Assembly (NCBI GenBank): GCA_964566495.1
Contig: CAZMIT010000048.1
Span: 1 to 10,324 of the forward strand
DNA: 10,324 nucleotides
From: an uncultured bacterium
GTDB taxonomy: Bacteria; T1Sed10-126
Direction: 5' to 3'
Shown: positions 7,620 through 10,324 of the stretch, one piece after another
How positions within the stretch are numbered: the stretch's first letter is position 1
Layout: every line of letters begins with the position of its first letter
Translations under genes and position numbers: made by a program
Notes under the pieces: model-generated
Database searches by the model: none
What the model was told of the DNA's origin: nothing
The model's input: the letters and a program-made list of their open reading frames with translations, nothing else

Positions 7620-8153
7620 TTACTGATTAGATTCAATATCAATATCTTTTAGGGCTTCAAGCCGGGGATCAGCCACTTCTGGCTCCGGATCGTGCCCACA
7701 ATCTTCCAAATTTAAATTTTCACCACAAACGGGACATAGCCCCCTGCAATTATCCTTACAAAGAGGACGCATGGGTAAGTTAACAAGAAAATCCTGGCGG
7801 ATAAGGTGCCAGAAATCAACAGATGTCCCCGAATATTTAACTCTGTATCGCCCTTCACGTTCTTCAATTTCCCTGTCGTAATTTTCAGGTATAAAGAGCC
7901 CCAGTAGCTTTTCAGCGAGCTCCAGTTGAGTCTCCTGCAAACAGCGACTGCATAATAGGGTCAAAGTAGTTGAATAAGAGCCGGATAGTTCCAGCAAACC
8001 ATCGCCAATATTCGTCAGTGTGAAGTCAACTGAGACAGCAGATGTTACTGTGGCTCTTTCTTCCTCCAACCTCTCGTCCCTGTAATCCAGCTCTTCCTGC
8101 CGCTGGAGGCTCTTACCAGTTTCTTCAAGAAGTTCAGATATATCTATTTGCAA
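7620..8153 (-). CDS. yceD: DUF177/YceD-family protein
   Basis: CSRCL, LPMRPLCKDNCRGLCPVCG, DPRLEALK; conserved position before rpmF; TTG start with AGGAG 9 nt upstream. Confidence 0.92.
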   Translation of the reverse strand: MQIDISELLEETGKSLQRQEELDYRDERLEEERATVTSAVSVDFTLTNIGDGLLELSGSYSTTLTLLCSRCLQETQLELAEKLLGLFIPENYDREIEEREGRYRVKYSGTSVDFWHLIRQDFLVNLPMRPLCKDNCRGLCPVCGENLNLEDCGHDPEPEVADPRLEALKDIDIESNQ

Positions 8154-8252
8154 AGAGAAACGCTCCTAATAGCTTATAATTGGCTTTTGAGATCGTATTT
8201 TCTTCAAGTCCTGAACGCCTTCAGTGTTCGGGGGCAGAGATTAGGACGCTAA

Positions 8253-8472
8253 CCCGGCCTATGCATGAACCCTATGCATAGACCGCCTAAAAGGCCGCAC
8301 ATTCGTAAAATGGGCGGGGTTAACCCAGCCGTTTACAGAACAACTGGTAAGTTACAGTCTGTAAAAATAACTGCAATAATAATATTTTGTTTAATATCCA
8401 ACAAGAAGCCTATAAACGGCTGTCCTTCGGACGGATAATGCACGACAGGTATGCTGTCGTGCATTATCCGGG
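8253..8472. mobile_element. Putative MITE-like non-autonomous element: two tandem units, 8253-8319 and 8324-8472
   Basis: Imperfect terminal inverted repeats CCCGGCCTATGCATGA / CCCGGATAATGCACGA (reverse complement), 12 of 16 identical. CTAA direct repeat on both sides (8249-8252, 8473-8476). Internal GGG-TTAA-CCC junction. No transposase in the window. Confidence 0.6.
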
Positions 8473-8504
8473 CTAAGTGACCCCACAGTTGTATGCGCTG
8501 GAAA

Positions 8505-8534
8505 ATTATACGGTTGAAACCCTTTAAAAGTCAA
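8505..8534 (-). promoter_or_regulatory. sigma70-type promoter for the yceD-rpmF-plsX-fab operon
   Basis: TTGACT (8534-8529) - 18 nt - TATAAT (8510-8505): near-consensus and oriented toward yceD. Confidence 0.75.
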
Positions 8535-8608
8535 GGTAAACGGCAGAGAGGACACAAATCAAAGCGTGTAAATTAGTTGTATTGATTCAAAAATCAGGTT
8601 AGTGAAAT

Positions 8609-9583
8609 TTACTCCCGGCTGGTTCCCTGGACAAGAGTGATAGCACTTACAGTGATAATATCCTCAACGCTACAGCCGCGGCTCAGGTCATTAATAGCTC
8701 CGTTAAGCCCCTGGAGAATAGGTCCGTAAGCCCCAGCCCCGGCAAGTCGCTGTACGAGCTTATAGCCGATATTAGCAGCATTCAGGTCGGGGAAAACAAG
8801 AATATTTGCGTCGCCGTTCAGGGGACTGTCGGGGGCTTTACGCTCGGCCACATCGGGGACCAGGGCGGCGTCGGCCTGCAATTCACCGTCGGAAGCAAGG
8901 GCAGGAAACTTATTAGAAAACCGCTCTGCCGCTCTGCTTACTTTATCAACCAGGGGGTGGTCAGCGCTGCCGCGCGTGGAGAAAGATAGAAAAGCAACAG
9001 CGGGCTCTCCCGCCTCAATCAGGTTTTCAAACAGACCAACGGCGCCCGCAGCCATTTCGACCAGTTGCTCGGCGTCGGGATCGGGGACGACCGCAGGATC
9101 TGTAAACAGCAGTTTACCCTCCTGACCGTAGGAGTAATCGTCAAGTTCCATGATAAAGCTGCTGGAGACGAGTGAGGTATCGGGCGCGGTCCCGACAAGG
9201 TTAAGGGCAGCACGCAGGACGTTGGCTGTCGGGTTAGCGGCTCCGGCGACCATTGCATCACACCGGTCCATAGCAACCAGACCGGCAGCATAATTAAGCG
9301 GCTGTTTAACCTGTTTTTCAGCCTCCGGAAGACTGAGTTCTGAATTATTGTTAGCGAGCCGGTGGGCCATCTCCTCGCAATCTTTGTCTCTCGCCGGTTC
9401 CAGAATTTCAATTTTATCTGAAGCGGGCCGCTCGTCACAATTAAGTAAAAATACTCGTTCAGCTATACCGCTGTCAATCAACTTGCCCGCCGCCGGTAAC
9501 ATTCGTTCGTCGTCCCCCTCGGGAAGAATAACGCTTCCCCGGCGCTGCTTTGCCTCTTCTTTGATCTCGAGTGCAAAACTCAT
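8609..9583 (-). CDS. pta: Phosphate acetyltransferase, short single-domain type
   Basis: LPEGDDERM, VSSSFIM, AFLSFSTRGSA, DGELQADAA, FPDLNAANIGYKLVQRL, GPILQGL, NDLSRGCS; SD GGGGTG. Confidence 0.93.
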   Translation of the reverse strand: MSFALEIKEEAKQRRGSVILPEGDDERMLPAAGKLIDSGIAERVFLLNCDERPASDKIEILEPARDKDCEEMAHRLANNNSELSLPEAEKQVKQPLNYAAGLVAMDRCDAMVAGAANPTANVLRAALNLVGTAPDTSLVSSSFIMELDDYSYGQEGKLLFTDPAVVPDPDAEQLVEMAAGAVGLFENLIEAGEPAVAFLSFSTRGSADHPLVDKVSRAAERFSNKFPALASDGELQADAALVPDVAERKAPDSPLNGDANILVFPDLNAANIGYKLVQRLAGAGAYGPILQGLNGAINDLSRGCSVEDIITVSAITLVQGTSRE

Positions 9584-9640
9584 TCAAAACACCCCGTTAG
9601 TATAATGTGGACTGAAAAGTTTCAACAATAGATTTTAAGT

Positions 9641-10117
9641 TCAAGTTACATACTTCTTTTTCAACTTATTTACCACCGGTTCGGGGGCCAGAGAAGCGAT
9701 ATCACCGCCGTGGGAGGCGACTTCCTTAACAATGGAACTGCTTACAAAACTGTGGTCCTCACCGGTCATCATATAAAAAGTTTCGATATCGGGAGCAAGA
9801 CGTTTGTTCATCATAGACATTTGGAATTCATATTCAAAATCGGAGATAGCTCTAAGTCCACGCAGAATCACGCTGGAACCGGTTGAACGGACAAAATCAA
9901 CCAAAAGACCATCAAACGAATCTACAGCAACACCGGGAAACTCTTCACAGACCTGCCCTATAAGACCGACACGCTCTTCAGCGCTAAACAGCGTCTCTTT
10001 GCGCGGCGATTCAACAACGGCCACCAGCAGGTGGTCAAAGACATTTGAAGCACGTTCGATCAGGTCAAGGTGACCATAGGTTATAGGATCAAAACTACCG
10101 GGATAAACAGCGCGCAT
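9641..10117 (-). CDS. coaD: Pantetheine-phosphate adenylyltransferase
   Basis: YPGSFDPITYGH, RGLRAISDFEYE, SSSIVKE. Start placed at ATG 10117 (MRAVYPG); upstream GTG at 10129/10126 are alternatives. Confidence 0.97.
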   Translation of the reverse strand: MRAVYPGSFDPITYGHLDLIERASNVFDHLLVAVVESPRKETLFSAEERVGLIGQVCEEFPGVAVDSFDGLLVDFVRSTGSSVILRGLRAISDFEYEFQMSMMNKRLAPDIETFYMMTGEDHSFVSSSIVKEVASHGGDIASLAPEPVVNKLKKKYVT

Positions 10118-10186
10118 ATTTTTCACCACTTATATTTAAAAGTGCAAACTAAAAAGGTATTTTTTACTTGAAAATGATCTTAAACA

Positions 10187-10219
10187 CCCTATCCCCCCCA
10201 CCTTAATCCTCCCCCTCCC
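10187..10219 (+). repeat. C-rich tract resembling the pyrimidine half of a BoxC-like repeat
   Basis: CCCTATCCCCCCCACCTTAATCCTCCCCCTCCC; layout similar to 3581-3601, but the complementary purine arm is absent. Confidence 0.35.
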
Positions 10220-10324
10220 ATTCTCCGGTTCTGTTGAAATCCTTGCCGCTGACAGGCTAACAGACTACTCAAGTTAAGTCTATAGATATTTAAAATGTGG
10301 CACTAATCAATTGCTCTCTAAGAT

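Noticed and set aside
8148..8180. Plus-strand promoter TTGCAA...TATAAT
   Set aside because: The 21-nt spacer is too long for sigma70.
8247..8326. Integron attC site (TAAC...GTTA ends)
   Set aside because: The ends do not fit RYYYAAC/GTTRRRY, unit B ends in GCTA rather than GTT, and no cassette ORF or integrase is present.
8432..8470. 17-bp hairpin as the intrinsic terminator of pta
   Set aside because: No U-tract on either side, and it lies downstream of the predicted yceD promoter; better explained as part of the repeat element.
8249..8476. tRNA, CRISPR array, 6S RNA or a known riboswitch
   Set aside because: No D/T-loop consensus or 7-nt anticodon arm, no identical direct repeats with spacers, and no aptamer or 6S consensus that I recognise. 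An Rfam scan is still advisable.
8328..8544. 9-bp complementarity GCCGTTTAC (8328-8336) / GTAAACGGC (8536-8544)
   Set aside because: The second copy lies upstream of the predicted promoter and the match is short enough to be chance.
9599..9628. Internal pta promoter (TTGTTG-N18-TATACT or TTGAAA-N15-TATACT)
   Set aside because: Weak -35 or poor spacing, and the implied start would cut into the SD. Possible but not well supported.
9019..10073. ORFs 9019-9438, 9348-9605 and 9804-10073
   Set aside because: Alternative-frame or antisense overlaps of pta and coaD.

Overview
A bacterial housekeeping locus read entirely on the minus strand: coaD - pta - (455-bp intergenic) - yceD/DUF177 - rpmF - plsX - fabH - fabD - fabG - (213-bp intergenic) - acpP - fabF - (171-bp intergenic) - rnc - aroA. 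aroA is absent from the ORF track and runs off the left edge. The proteins are conventional type II fatty-acid, CoA and ribosome genes; the unusual content is non-coding. (1) An inverted repeat (15 bp perfect, about 22 bp with one bulge) brackets fabF, so the region just past its stop codon is complementary to its own Shine-Dalgarno/start region, directly upstream of the RNase III gene. (2) Two tandem elements in the yceD leader differ in sequence but share one four-way-junction architecture, are bounded by CTAA/TTAA/CTAA, and look like a MITE-type insertion. (3) A BoxC-like repeat sits inside a second inverted repeat upstream of acpP. (4) A TTG-N3-TTTAAA-type motif recurs upstream of acpP, yceD and coaD. 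All calls come from reading the sequence by eye; no searches or folding programs were run.
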